The notes under the pieces: generated by a model | Database searches by the model: none | The model's input: the letters and a program-made list of their open reading frames with translations, nothing else | What the model was told of the DNA's origin: nothing | Program-made: the position numbers and the translations under genes | In this document: positions 1-9,398 of the stretch, in pieces | How positions within the stretch are numbered: the stretch's first letter is position 1 | Layout of the letters: every line of letters starts with the position of its first letter | From: Pseudomonadota bacterium | GTDB taxonomy: Bacteria; Campylobacterota; Campylobacteria; Campylobacterales; Sulfurimonadaceae | Length of the DNA stretch: 64,000 nt | Assembly (NCBI GenBank): GCA_043797085.1 | Contig: JAZDQA010000010.1 | Location: 32,001-96,000, forward strand | Direction: 5' to 3'

Positions 1-1
1 A

Positions 2-196
2 GCTACCTTTAGTGCCCCCAAAGTAGCCAAACAACTTACCGGTGCACACGATGGGGATATTGTTCTTTTGCACATGAATCATCCTGAGAGTGGAACACGC
101 GAGGGGATAATCGAGGGAATTAATGTGTTACTAAAAGAGGGATTTAGCTTTGTACGTTTGAGTGATGTGAAGAAAAATCTCGTAAGGATTCCTTAA
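2..196 (+). CDS. 3' end of a polysaccharide deacetylase (NodB/CE4) family protein, partial at the window edge
   Basis: Frame from position 2 reads ATFSAPKVAKQLTGAHDGDIVLLHMNHPESGTREGIIEGINVLLKEGFSFVRLSDV...*. GDIVLLH and G-F-x-FV are CE4 C-terminal motifs. Not in the ORF track. Confidence 0.75.
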   Translation, partial: ATFSAPKVAKQLTGAHDGDIVLLHMNHPESGTREGIIEGINVLLKEGFSFVRLSDVKKNLVRIP

Positions 197-599
197 ACAT
201 CACGATCCATACCCAGCCAAGCGCACATTCAAAGCTCGTAAATGCAACAAGCTTGACCATCGCAAAAAAATCAATTCCAAGTTCAACAAAAATGGGAGCA
301 CTCTGATCTATCACAAAAAGTCCAAACAACAAATGGATAAAAAATTGTTTTTTCTTCTCCGTGATTGTAGAAATAAATCCTAAAAAATGGAGACTCCCCA
401 TCAACGCTATCGAGATAAAAAGAGTATGGGGGGCAAGCGTTTCGATCAGACCATGCAGTGATTTTTCGCGATAGTAATGGGCGATATCATCAGGATTCCA
501 GCCTGCGAGAACAATAAACAATGCACCGCCTAAAATGGACTGCAAAATCACCAAAGCAATGAAAAGCAAAGCTAAAAACCGTAAAAGTTGATGATGCAT
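144..599 (-). CDS. Hypothetical multi-pass membrane protein (about 4 TM, several His)
   Basis: Start moved to ATG at 599 (MHHQLL), which abuts the stop of the upstream gene; hydrophobic segments. Confidence 0.7.
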   Translation of the reverse strand: MHHQLLRFLALLFIALVILQSILGGALFIVLAGWNPDDIAHYYREKSLHGLIETLAPHTLFISIALMGSLHFLGFISTITEKKKQFFIHLLFGLFVIDQSAPIFVELGIDFFAMVKLVAFTSFECALGWVWIVMFKESLRDFSSHHSNVQS

Positions 600-1078
600 T
601 AAAATCGTTTGCGTACTAATAAAATCAAAATATCCAATGCACTCCCGATCATCAACAGATGAAACAAGAGAAATCCGCTCCACGAGAGGAAGATTGTAAA
701 ACTCCCTATCCACAACGACGCCATCAGTCCGATAGGATAAAGCAAAAGCGAAATCACGCTCACTAAAAGTATCGTTAATTTGAGTTCTTTAGATCTTGAC
801 GACCGTATGTGCAGCGCATTCATCAAAATAAAAACAAGAATAAGTCCAAAAAGATCCGTGTGAAGCGAAAGCAACAAATCACTCAACAGCAGAGGTTCGA
901 TAAATTCGACTTCATTGCCTAAAACCGTATTGACCCACATCGCAGGAGTTATTCCAAAATTAATCCCCTTGGCGACACCATTTAAGACCAAAGCAACGAT
1001 GAGAAAAATAACCATCCACAACACACTCATATAGAGTGCGCGATTATCGATAATTTTTTTTGAAACAATAAATTTCAT
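599..1078 (-). CDS. Hypothetical multi-pass membrane protein (about 4 TM, His within helices)
   Basis: 159 aa hydrophobic ORF tightly coupled to its neighbours. Confidence 0.75.
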   Translation of the reverse strand: MKFIVSKKIIDNRALYMSVLWMVIFLIVALVLNGVAKGINFGITPAMWVNTVLGNEVEFIEPLLLSDLLLSLHTDLFGLILVFILMNALHIRSSRSKELKLTILLVSVISLLLYPIGLMASLWIGSFTIFLSWSGFLLFHLLMIGSALDILILLVRKRF

Positions 1079-1081
1079 AAT

Positions 1082-1594
1082 TTAGGGCTTTACAATATCC
1101 AGCAACGCCAACGCCGCACGCGCCCCATCCGTAATCGCACGTGCTGAGAGGGTAGCACCCGTTGTCGTAGGAATGTCTTGATTGAGTTTGAGCGTATTGG
1201 CACTGCTTTTTTGATCAAACACATTGAGCCATGTGGCACTGGGGAGGTACTCGATAGGCTCATTAAAGGCAACGATTTCAATCGATTTAATTTTACCGTC
1301 TACTCCAATGAGATAGAGGGAAATTGCTGTTTTAGTACGAACTTTTTTATTCATCAAAACACCGTAACCTACCGTTTTATCACCGTTTTGTGCGAGGTAA
1401 AGTCGATACAGCTTGGAATCAATTTTTTGCATGGAGGCTTTGGAAAGTTCAGTAACTTGTGCATCACTAAGAATAATGTTTTGAATTTGCACCGATTTAG
1501 CGCTAAAAGTTCGCTGAGTCAGTGCGACAGGATCGCCCAATACTTGGGCGAATAGATACACAGATGCAAGAAGTGAAAGTACAATAATTTTCAT
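1082..1594 (-). CDS. Exported FMN-binding domain protein (RnfG/NqrC-like flavinylation target)
   Basis: Signal peptide; DIPTTTGATLS contains the [S/T]GA[S/T] FMNylation motif; GKIKSIEIV...EP pattern. Confidence 0.85.
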   Translation of the reverse strand: MKIIVLSLLASVYLFAQVLGDPVALTQRTFSAKSVQIQNIILSDAQVTELSKASMQKIDSKLYRLYLAQNGDKTVGYGVLMNKKVRTKTAISLYLIGVDGKIKSIEIVAFNEPIEYLPSATWLNVFDQKSSANTLKLNQDIPTTTGATLSARAITDGARAALALLDIVKP

Positions 1595-2891
1595 TAAAAG
1601 ATAAATCCTAGTCCAAGTGAGTAAATCCCCTCATTAACATACTTGGTTGCGTCAGCAGTGTTTTCATTGTGACGCAACATATACTCTGCTTTTAATACTA
1701 CCTGATCGTGTGGGAAGTAGTTCAAACCATACGTATAACTTTCCGTATTTCCAAACGATTTTCCATCTGCCATTGCAATAGCCAGATTGTAGTTTTCATA
1801 TTGGAAAAAGAGAGGTATTCTTTGACTCGATGAGGCAAAAAATGGTAGGATATTATACTCTAAATTGAGATAACCGCCACGTGCGCTCTCCGGCATATCG
1901 GTTCTGTATGAATCGGCATTGCTCAAATGACTTTCCGTATAAAGGGCTCGTGCTTTAAAGCCTTCATATTGAAAGGCAGCATGCAGATCAAACATGTTCA
2001 TTTGTCCCTCTTGCGATTTTCCTGCTACTTTAGCATTGCCCGCTTTGCCGGTATAACCACTGACTCCCACTTGTAAGCCGTTAATACCGTTGTAATCCAA
2101 GCGTGCGACAACCGCCATATTCTCCATGCCCGTATCCGCTTCTTACCCACACGAGCAGCACGAATCCAGTCTTTTCCGACCGCTTTGGCGTTATTCATAT
2201 CCAATGCACTAAATGCTCCGATTTGATACTCAAGAGTGTCGGTTTTGCCATACACACTAAGACCAAGCTCATGCCAAGTTGAAGGGATAAGTTGTCGTTC
2301 AACATCAGGGCGGATTACAGTGTTAAACAATGTCGGCTCATGATAAAGATTGACATAACCCATCGGAACGAGCTGATGACCCACACGAACGGTTGCCAGC
2401 GGATCGAGGATAAAATCCACATAAAGCTGCTCGATCGCCACTTCATTACCGTGTTCAAACTCAATTTCGGAGTTTAGGATAATATCATCACTAAATTTAT
2501 ATCCGATGTAAGGGATAAAGCGGTAGGTGTCACCATACGCATCTTTAGTATTTCCCACCCCAACACTGTCATTGTATTGTGAATAATACACTTCACCATA
2601 TCCACCGATCGAGAGAGGATTTTTAGAGTAATAGACTTTGGATGCCGCAGGGCTCATTCCTTGAATCGCTTTTTCAGGATCAATCGCCATAAATGACGTT
2701 TGATTTTGAACATTGATAAGCTCTGAGGTAAGGGCATTTGTTTGTTCCGCTTGTTTCCTCTCATTTGCTTCTAGCGTTGAGAGACGTTCGCTAAGAATTT
2801 TAAGCTGCATTTTTAGATCGCTGAGTTCATCAGCTCCCAGTGTAGTTGTGATAGCCATTGCAGCAACGGCACTTAAGAGGAGGTTTTTCAC
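1594..2891 (-). pseudogene. Outer-membrane porin (OprO/OprP-like beta-barrel) split by a frameshift near 2130-2150
   Basis: GTG start at 2891 with AAGGA RBS, signal peptide and coiled coil; SEIEFEHG and HEPTLF motifs. The frame breaks after DWIRAARVG and continues in another frame as EADTGMENMAVVARLDY, ending in a C-terminal Phe (LGFIF). May be a sequencing error. Confidence 0.7.
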
Positions 2892-2905
2892 TTGGTATCC
2901 TTTTA

Positions 2906-2978
2906 TGATAGTGATTATTAATAGCGAAAGTATAGAATAATAAACTGAAAACAATATTAATAATGCAAATAATTATCA
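2906..2978. promoter_or_regulatory. Two Fur-box-like 7-1-7 motifs in the divergent porin/apbE promoter region
   Basis: TGATAGTGATTATTA (2906-2920) and TGCAAATAATTATCA (2964-2978), each 12/14 to TGATAAT-N-ATTATCA. The AT-rich background lowers specificity. Confidence 0.55.
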
Positions 2979-3019
2979 TTTATGAAAATACCCACTCAAA
3001 TCATGTTAAACTTCGTGGT

Positions 3020-3964
3020 ATGAAAAAGCTACTCTTCTTTTGTTTATTAATCGGCTTATTGCATGCTTCCCAACGTACCCAAGTACACATGGGAACCCTC
3101 ATCCGCGTTGAAGTAGACGAGCAAAATCTGAGTGATGATGTTTTTGCCTTATTTAAAGATTTAGACAATCGCCTCTCGACGTACAAAAGTGATTCTGAAA
3201 TTTCACGTCTTAATCGTAATTATGAGATTAACGCATCCATAACTACCCAAAATATTTTGGAACGATCTTTGGAAATGTCTCAAATAAGCGATGGAGCATT
3301 TGACGTTACGGTAGGCTCTCTGACCCATGGAGCCTACCGTTTTGGGTACGATGATGAACACCTTCCCTCCCATTCAGAGCTTCAAAAATCAGGAAAGCGT
3401 GTAGGATCAAAACGAATAGTATTAGAGGAAAACAAGGTAAAAATTCTTCCCGAAACAATGATTGATTTGGGAGGAATAGCCAAAGGATACGCCGTTGATT
3501 TATCCTTGGAATTATTAGAGCGTCACCGTGTTAAAAAAGCGGTTGTCGCTGCATCGGGTGATATTGGCTGTTTAAGCTCGTGTGATGTTCAAATTCAAGA
3601 TCCGTTTCATCTCGATAGCTCTATTGCCCTCATCCGCTCTTCGTTACCACACCTTGCCATCAGTACCAGCGGTAATTATGAACGGTACATTAAAAACAAA
3701 ACTCATAACCACTTAATCAATCCAAAAACAGGACGCTCCGAACAACAATATGCTTCCATTACCCTCATCGATAGAGGAGACAATACCCGTATTGATGCAC
3801 TGGCAACCGCTGTTTCCGTAATGGAATCCAAAAAAGCCATAGCCCTTTTGGATTCTTTAAGCATTGGATATGTTTTAATCCATAATGATGGGTCGATAAT
3901 CAAAAGTACAATGCCCATGGGTGTCTCTGTAACTTTTGTTACTGACGCACTTCCATTGCAATAG
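3020..3964 (+). CDS. apbE: FAD:protein FMN transferase
   Basis: MGT, SEISRLN, GAFDVTVG, DLGGIAKGYAVD, STSGNYER, HLINPKTG and DALATA motifs; start moved to MKKLLFF. Confidence 0.95.
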   Translation: MKKLLFFCLLIGLLHASQRTQVHMGTLIRVEVDEQNLSDDVFALFKDLDNRLSTYKSDSEISRLNRNYEINASITTQNILERSLEMSQISDGAFDVTVGSLTHGAYRFGYDDEHLPSHSELQKSGKRVGSKRIVLEENKVKILPETMIDLGGIAKGYAVDLSLELLERHRVKKAVVAASGDIGCLSSCDVQIQDPFHLDSSIALIRSSLPHLAISTSGNYERYIKNKTHNHLINPKTGRSEQQYASITLIDRGDNTRIDALATAVSVMESKKAIALLDSLSIGYVLIHNDGSIIKSTMPMGVSVTFVTDALPLQ

Positions 3965-4000
3965 CTATACTGTTAAAATATTTTTACCTAAGGATTGCCC

Positions 4001-4195
4001 ATGTGTCTCATTTTAACCTTCGCTTTTATCGTCGCAACCCTTTCATTTTTCACCCAAGGACTGCTTCCACATGCGATTATCAGTGGACTTCTCGCATCGA
4101 TTTCTCTTTTCTTTTTTATCCGAAAACTGATTTTTAACGGACGATGCATTTTTGGGAATGCAACCGATTGCAATGCACCTAAAAATTCAGAATAA
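4001..4195 (+). CDS. Small two-TM membrane protein with a C-terminal Cys pair
   Basis: AAGGA RBS before ATG 4001; two hydrophobic segments; tail RCIFGNATDC. Confidence 0.6.
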   Translation: MCLILTFAFIVATLSFFTQGLLPHAIISGLLASISLFFFIRKLIFNGRCIFGNATDCNAPKNSE

Positions 4196-4244
4196 GCTAT
4201 TACTCCTTCTGCTACAATAAATAAAATATGATTCTGGAGTGTTC

Positions 4245-4892
4245 ATGCGCAAATACGAAACCTACCGTTGTAATAGTTGCAAAAACGAAGTGGAAGTCCA
4301 AAACGTCGGAGGTGGAACCCTCACCTGCTGTGGTCATGATATGGAGATGATTACCGAATCACTCACCGCTGTAAATTTGATGAAAGCATTTGGCGGGGAG
4401 AGTATGGCACGAAACAAATACGAACTCTTTGCCGACATCGCCCATGATGAGGGGTGGCATGCAGTTGAGCGCCATTTTCGTGAAGCAGCATTTAACGAGA
4501 TGTATCATGCCCGCGCGCAATACAAAGCGTACCATAAACTCATCCACAACTGTGACGTCGATGCAACGATAGCCAATCTCGATACCGCAATGGCGGGAGA
4601 ACACTACGAACACGAAACCATGTATCCTGAGTTTTCCGAAATTGCCAAAGCCGAAGGACACAGTGATCTTGCTCGACTTTTCACTGCAATCGGTAAAGTT
4701 GAAGTGGAACACGAGCGTGAATATGCGGCTCTTAAAGAGGCATTAATTGCGGATGGATTTTTTGCCAGTGCGGAAGATGAAATTTGGATATGCGAAGTAT
4801 GCGGTCATGTCCACCGAGGTAAAAAAGCACCTGTTGCCTGTCCATTGTGCAAAGTAGGACGCGAATATTTCAAACGGGAATGTTTGAACTAA
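4245..4892 (+). CDS. rrc: Desulforubrerythrin (desulforedoxin + rubrerythrin + rubredoxin domains)
   Basis: N-terminal CxxC...CC site, GESMARNKY and ExxH diiron motifs, C-terminal CEVCG...CPLC. Confidence 0.85.
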   Translation: MRKYETYRCNSCKNEVEVQNVGGGTLTCCGHDMEMITESLTAVNLMKAFGGESMARNKYELFADIAHDEGWHAVERHFREAAFNEMYHARAQYKAYHKLIHNCDVDATIANLDTAMAGEHYEHETMYPEFSEIAKAEGHSDLARLFTAIGKVEVEHEREYAALKEALIADGFFASAEDEIWICEVCGHVHRGKKAPVACPLCKVGREYFKRECLN

Positions 4893-4914
4893 CTGATCTG
4901 TCCATCTCTTATCC

Positions 4915-6111
4915 TTAAAAGTTATAGTTAAGACGTACAAGGAAACGGTCATACCCGCCGTCATCAGGTGTTCCGTTATTGTCAAATGTATTTTTGTTTT
5001 TATCATCGATCATCGCATAACTCACTTCAGCACTGAGCGCTTCGCTGATTTCATAGGCTGCGATGAGATCGATTTCTTTTACTTTCATATCCACAGGGGT
5101 GCTTTTGAAATCACCATAGAGGGCAGTAAACACTAACCCCTCTAATCCCATATCGGCTAAATCGAGTTCTACACTGAGTTGATACGCTTTGACATCTTCG
5201 AATCCATCGATCGTCATCTCTTCCATAGAGGTCATGTAGGGTCCGCCGCCGAAGCCGTTAGAAACTGATTTACCCTCATCATTGGAGGCTTTGTTATACG
5301 CTGCACCGAAAGTCAATGCACCTACGTTGAATGCCGCACCGATTCCGTAGACGTTGCCATCCATACCGCTTGCTTTCTTTTCAGAGAAATTCGCGTATTG
5401 AGTACTGAGTTCTAATCCCATCGTCTCAGAAAAAGGGATTATATAGACTGCATCTGCATACACAGCGTTAGAGAGTTCATCGATATTGTAGTACCATCCT
5501 TGAAGCGCTAGATTCTCTACACTCTCATTCACAACACCCACTACAACTGTACCGCTAGAGTTCTCTGTAAACTTTTTAAATTTTGAGATATCATCACCCG
5601 AATCGTATCCCGCCCAACGTTTTATATATCCGCCAAAAAGAGTTGTTCCTTCGATGCCGCTATACGTAGCGATTGCCGCTTCAAACGTGTTCGGATGCAT
5701 ACGGATATCATCGGTATCGGCGAACGGAGTATCAATTAGTTGACGACCGAGACGGAGATTAAAATCATTCATCGTGTAATCGAGATAGGCTTCACCTACA
5801 TACGCATACGATTTAGTATCTTCACCAAACAAATCAGGGTTTGCTTGAGCATCTTCAAATGAACCGGTTGCTCCGTGAATCTTTTGGCTCACATATGCCC
5901 CTACTCCCAGTTTCAATCCGTTCCAGTCTGCTGTTTCGTATTTCAAAACACCACCCAGCGAGGTTCCATAGGTATCGGTATCTACAGCATTATCTTGGTT
6001 TACGTACGCCGCACGGATTTGTCCGCTCGCTTTTCCCGCTAACAGCTCATCAATAGTTGACGCACTCAGAGCTACTACTGCCACCATACATAATACTATT
6101 GCTTTTTTCAT
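4915..6111 (-). CDS. Outer-membrane porin (OprD / Campylobacterota MOMP-like)
   Basis: Signal peptide MKKAIVL after a GAGGAG RBS; GRQLIDTPFADTDDIRMHPNTFEA motif; C-terminal NYNF. Confidence 0.85.
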   Translation of the reverse strand: MKKAIVLCMVAVVALSASTIDELLAGKASGQIRAAYVNQDNAVDTDTYGTSLGGVLKYETADWNGLKLGVGAYVSQKIHGATGSFEDAQANPDLFGEDTKSYAYVGEAYLDYTMNDFNLRLGRQLIDTPFADTDDIRMHPNTFEAAIATYSGIEGTTLFGGYIKRWAGYDSGDDISKFKKFTENSSGTVVVGVVNESVENLALQGWYYNIDELSNAVYADAVYIIPFSETMGLELSTQYANFSEKKASGMDGNVYGIGAAFNVGALTFGAAYNKASNDEGKSVSNGFGGGPYMTSMEEMTIDGFEDVKAYQLSVELDLADMGLEGLVFTALYGDFKSTPVDMKVKEIDLIAAYEISEALSAEVSYAMIDDKNKNTFDNNGTPDDGGYDRFLVRLNYNF

Positions 6112-6204
6112 CTTTCTACTTCTCCTCATTATTAAACAAACAACACGTTTTATATTTTGATTCGCGTTATTAAAATACTTCAATATGATAGTAGCTATCA
6201 ACTT

Positions 6205-6251
6205 AACATACTCTTAATAATGATACTATTTATCATTATTAAGAGTATGTT
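6205..6251. repeat. Perfect 21 bp inverted repeat with a 5 nt loop
   Basis: AACATACTCTTAATAATGATA-CTATT-TATCATTATTAAGAGTATGTT. Confidence 0.95.
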
Positions 6252-6371
6252 GTTTGTTTCTTTTCTAACGAAGTTGAAGAATCATCCATCTTCAACTCAT
6301 TAATTTCATAAGAAACAATTAAGTAAAAACACCTAGAATACGATAATAGTTATTGTTTTCAGGAGTAGTGT

Positions 6372-7436
6372 ATGTATTTAGTTTTGGAATCATTTTGGGA
6401 ATTGAGTATCGATATGGGAATTTACATCCTTTTCGGTCTATTGGCAGCAGGGGTATTGCATCAACTGATAAGTGAACAGTGGATACAAAAACATTTAGGT
6501 TCCGATACCCACGGCTCTGTCTATAAAGCAGCCCTATTTGGGACACCTCTTCCGCTATGCTCATGCAGTGTTATCCCTTTCGCCGCATCACTTCGACGTA
6601 ACGGAGCTTCCAAAGGCGCAACACTCTCCTTTTTGATCTCTACTCCGATCACGGGAGTTGATTCGATACTGGCAACATTTGGAATGTTCGGATGGGTATT
6701 CACCCTCTACCGCGTTTTTACTTCCGTTGTCATAGCGATTGCGGCAGGGATACTGATGAATATCTTTGAACCCAAAGAAGCTGTAAAAAATGGGTTTTCG
6801 TTCACAGCGATAGCTCCGAAAATGACTCCAACGATTACCCATATAACTAAAACAGAAGATAAAAAGCCGTTTTCGGTAGCAAGTGTTTTTCAGTACGGAT
6901 TAATAACCCTCTTAGGAAGCTTCAGTAAACCTCTCTTTTGGGGTCTTTTGCTTGGTGCTTTTATTACCGCAGCTATTCCCTCCAATCTCCACGAACTCTT
7001 TAATGAAAATCGATTTTTAGGCTATCTTATAGCCGTCGCAATCGCCGCACCCATGTACGTGTGTGCTACCGCATCACTTCCCATAGCCGCATCACTCATT
7101 ATCGCCGGAGTTTCACCGGGTGCTGCATTTATCTTCCTCAGTGCGGGACCCGCTACCAATACGGTGACGATGGGGGTTGTCAAATCGATGCTGGGGATAC
7201 GGGCGTTAGTGATTTACCTTAGCGTAATCGCCATCGGGAGTATTGCATTCGGTGCCTCTATCGATGTGCTTTTTGAGTCGCTTTCTATCAATATGAATGT
7301 AAATTTGCATGAGCAACACGGAATTATCGAAGAGAGTGCAGCCATTCTCCTCTTAGGACTAATAGGATGGCACCTCATACGCCGATTATTTGAAAAAAAA
7401 GATAAAAGCTGCACCGGAGGATCGTGCTGTTCATAA
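6372..7436 (+). CDS. SO_0444/ArsP (DUF318) family metal permease
   Basis: PLPLCSCSVIP and PMYVCATASLP repeats; C-terminal CTGGSCCS. Confidence 0.85.
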   Translation: MYLVLESFWELSIDMGIYILFGLLAAGVLHQLISEQWIQKHLGSDTHGSVYKAALFGTPLPLCSCSVIPFAASLRRNGASKGATLSFLISTPITGVDSILATFGMFGWVFTLYRVFTSVVIAIAAGILMNIFEPKEAVKNGFSFTAIAPKMTPTITHITKTEDKKPFSVASVFQYGLITLLGSFSKPLFWGLLLGAFITAAIPSNLHELFNENRFLGYLIAVAIAAPMYVCATASLPIAASLIIAGVSPGAAFIFLSAGPATNTVTMGVVKSMLGIRALVIYLSVIAIGSIAFGASIDVLFESLSINMNVNLHEQHGIIEESAAILLLGLIGWHLIRRLFEKKDKSCTGGSCCS

Positions 7437-7501
7437 AAAAGCACCCTAATGATTCGGGGCTTTGTCCGCTATAATTGCACACTTATTTTTCAGGACTCCC
7501 C

Positions 7502-8059
7502 GTGAACGAAACTCTTCTTATCCTCGCTGTGGCTTTGGCTATGGACTCTGTCGCCGTTTCAATCGCAATCGGTTCAAAATACAAAGATCTTTACCTCTCC
7601 AAAATCCTCTTTAGCGCAAGCGTTTTCGGTTTCTTCCAAGGAGCCATGCCAATAGCGGGATATTTCATCGGAATCAGCTTTGCGCAGTATGTTCAATCAT
7701 TCGATCACTGGATTGCTTTTGTCCTTCTCGTAGGGCTTGGTGGAAAAATGGTGTATGAAGCGTATAAAAATGAGTTTGATGAAGAGGTAACCGATCTCTC
7801 AACCAAAACCCTCATCACCTTAGCGATTGCGACCAGTATCGATGCGATGGCGGTCGGCGTAACCTTTGCTTTTTTACAAACCGATATCTATACAGCAGTA
7901 GGTGTGATTGCACTGGTCACATTTATTCTTTGTGTAGCAGCGGTATACATAGGGAAAAAACTAGGTTCGCTATTAGAGAGCAAAGCGGAAATGCTGGGGG
8001 GAATCATTCTTATCGGTTTAGGATGTAAAATTCTTCTTGAACATACCGGATGGCTTTAA
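7502..8059 (+). CDS. mntP: Manganese efflux pump MntP
   Basis: ALAMDSVAV, FDHWIAF, ATSIDAMAVG and AEMLGGIILI motifs; GTG start after AGGA. Confidence 0.9.
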   Translation: MNETLLILAVALAMDSVAVSIAIGSKYKDLYLSKILFSASVFGFFQGAMPIAGYFIGISFAQYVQSFDHWIAFVLLVGLGGKMVYEAYKNEFDEEVTDLSTKTLITLAIATSIDAMAVGVTFAFLQTDIYTAVGVIALVTFILCVAAVYIGKKLGSLLESKAEMLGGIILIGLGCKILLEHTGWL

Positions 8060-8062
8060 TGA

Positions 8063-8425
8063 TTACCATCCGTCCGTAGCATGATTATCGTGTTTTGATT
8101 TTTTGTACCGTGCGGCATTGACCCGTTTTTCAAGCTGATTTTGCGCGTAAAAAAGTTCTTCTTTGATCGTTTTGATCTCTTCATCACTGTGCCGAAAATT
8201 TAAGATTTTCTGTCCCAGTCCTTCAAGCTCCATGTACTCATCTTTGTAGAGCTTAACTGCTTCATTCTTCTCTAAAAAACGGAAATTCATGTCCACTTTT
8301 TGATCGTACTGCTCTTTGGTCGGATTATCACTTTTTGCCAAATACGACAATATTCCATTCACAAAACGACCAAGCAGTCGAATGTAACGGAGTCGTTTTG
8401 CATTTTCTTCTTTTGGTGCGCCCAT
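8063..8425 (-). CDS. Hypothetical protein
   Basis: 120 aa ORF with a GAGG RBS and helical composition. Confidence 0.7.
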   Translation of the reverse strand: MGAPKEENAKRLRYIRLLGRFVNGILSYLAKSDNPTKEQYDQKVDMNFRFLEKNEAVKLYKDEYMELEGLGQKILNFRHSDEEIKTIKEELFYAQNQLEKRVNAARYKKSKHDNHATDGW

Positions 8426-8486
8426 ATTGCCTCAGTTAACCTTCATTGGTTACAATTATATCTATTATTGACTAAAAGGTTTTTCG

Positions 8487-8888
8487 ATGAACAAATGGCT
8501 ACTTTCACTGCTTTTGGCAACCACCGCTTTGATGGCGGATTATACCGCACAACCCATCGATCAGAAGCTTCTAAATTCCAAGATCAAAATTATTGATATT
8601 CGCACTCCCAGTGAATGGAAAACGACAGGTCTGATCAAAGGTTCAATACCCATCATGTTTTTCGATGAGTACGGGAACTATAACTTAGAAGCTTTTTTGG
8701 GTGAATTGAATAAAAAAATACCTCAAAGGGAACGTTTTGCCATCATCTGTAACAGCGGAAGCCGATCTAAAATGTTGGGAACCCACTTGGGACAAAAAAT
8801 GGGCTACAACGTCATTGATCTTCAAGGTGGGATTCAATACGCGATTGCGAAAAAAATCCCTCTTGAGCCCTACAAACCCAAGCCCTAA
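8487..8888 (+). CDS. Exported rhodanese-like domain protein
   Basis: Signal peptide; IIDIRTPSEW, ICNSGSRS active-site Cys, LQGGI. Confidence 0.9.
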   Translation: MNKWLLSLLLATTALMADYTAQPIDQKLLNSKIKIIDIRTPSEWKTTGLIKGSIPIMFFDEYGNYNLEAFLGELNKKIPQRERFAIICNSGSRSKMLGTHLGQKMGYNVIDLQGGIQYAIAKKIPLEPYKPKP

Positions 8889-8996
8889 ATGCTTCGATTT
8901 CTCTTTTTTTTCATCACACGTTTAATCGCTATTTTTCTACTTATTGCCCTCATCGCCGCTCTCGTTGGCGGAGGACTCTATTTGCTTTTATCGTAA
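8889..8996 (+). CDS. Putative 35 aa single-TM small protein
   Basis: ATG directly follows the rhodanese TAA and reads MLRFLFFFITRLIAIFLLIALIAALVGGGLYLLLS*. It fills the gap exactly and is below the ORF-track cutoff. Confidence 0.5.
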   Translation: MLRFLFFFITRLIAIFLLIALIAALVGGGLYLLLS

Positions 8997-9302
8997 AAAT
9001 TCCAATAGCTCAATGTACTCTTTTTCGATAACACTGAGGCTTTCAAGCATTTTGATTTCGCCAATCTCTGTATTTTCACTCAAAAATTCTCGTCGCCATT
9101 GAATATTGTCTTGCAACTCTTTAAGCCCAGTCGTTAAATATTCAACCATTTGCTCTATCTCTGCTCCTCGAAGCAATCCCTCTGTATCTGCTTTGTAAAA
9201 CAATAGGGGGAAATCTCCCATCTCACCTGAGAAACGAAAGTCTTCAGCAATGTTGTGAATAATCGCCTTAATCCGCTCTCCCTTAATGATCCGCTTGGAC
9301 AT
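8988..9302 (-). CDS. Hypothetical protein
   Basis: 104 aa ORF with a GAGGAG RBS. Confidence 0.75.
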   Translation of the reverse strand: MSKRIIKGERIKAIIHNIAEDFRFSGEMGDFPLLFYKADTEGLLRGAEIEQMVEYLTTGLKELQDNIQWRREFLSENTEIGEIKMLESLSVIEKEYIELLEFLR

Positions 9303-9398
9303 CTTTTCTCCTCGATTTTTATTTTTTTATTCTATTCTTTTTTGGTATAGGAGTTGCTTAGAATAAACATCTATGCCCCAAAAGGTGCACTACTGTTT

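Noticed and set aside
7437..7501. yybP-ykoY Mn riboswitch upstream of mntP
   Set aside because: Only about 65 nt are intergenic, with TATAAT about 25 nt before the start, leaving no room for the aptamer.
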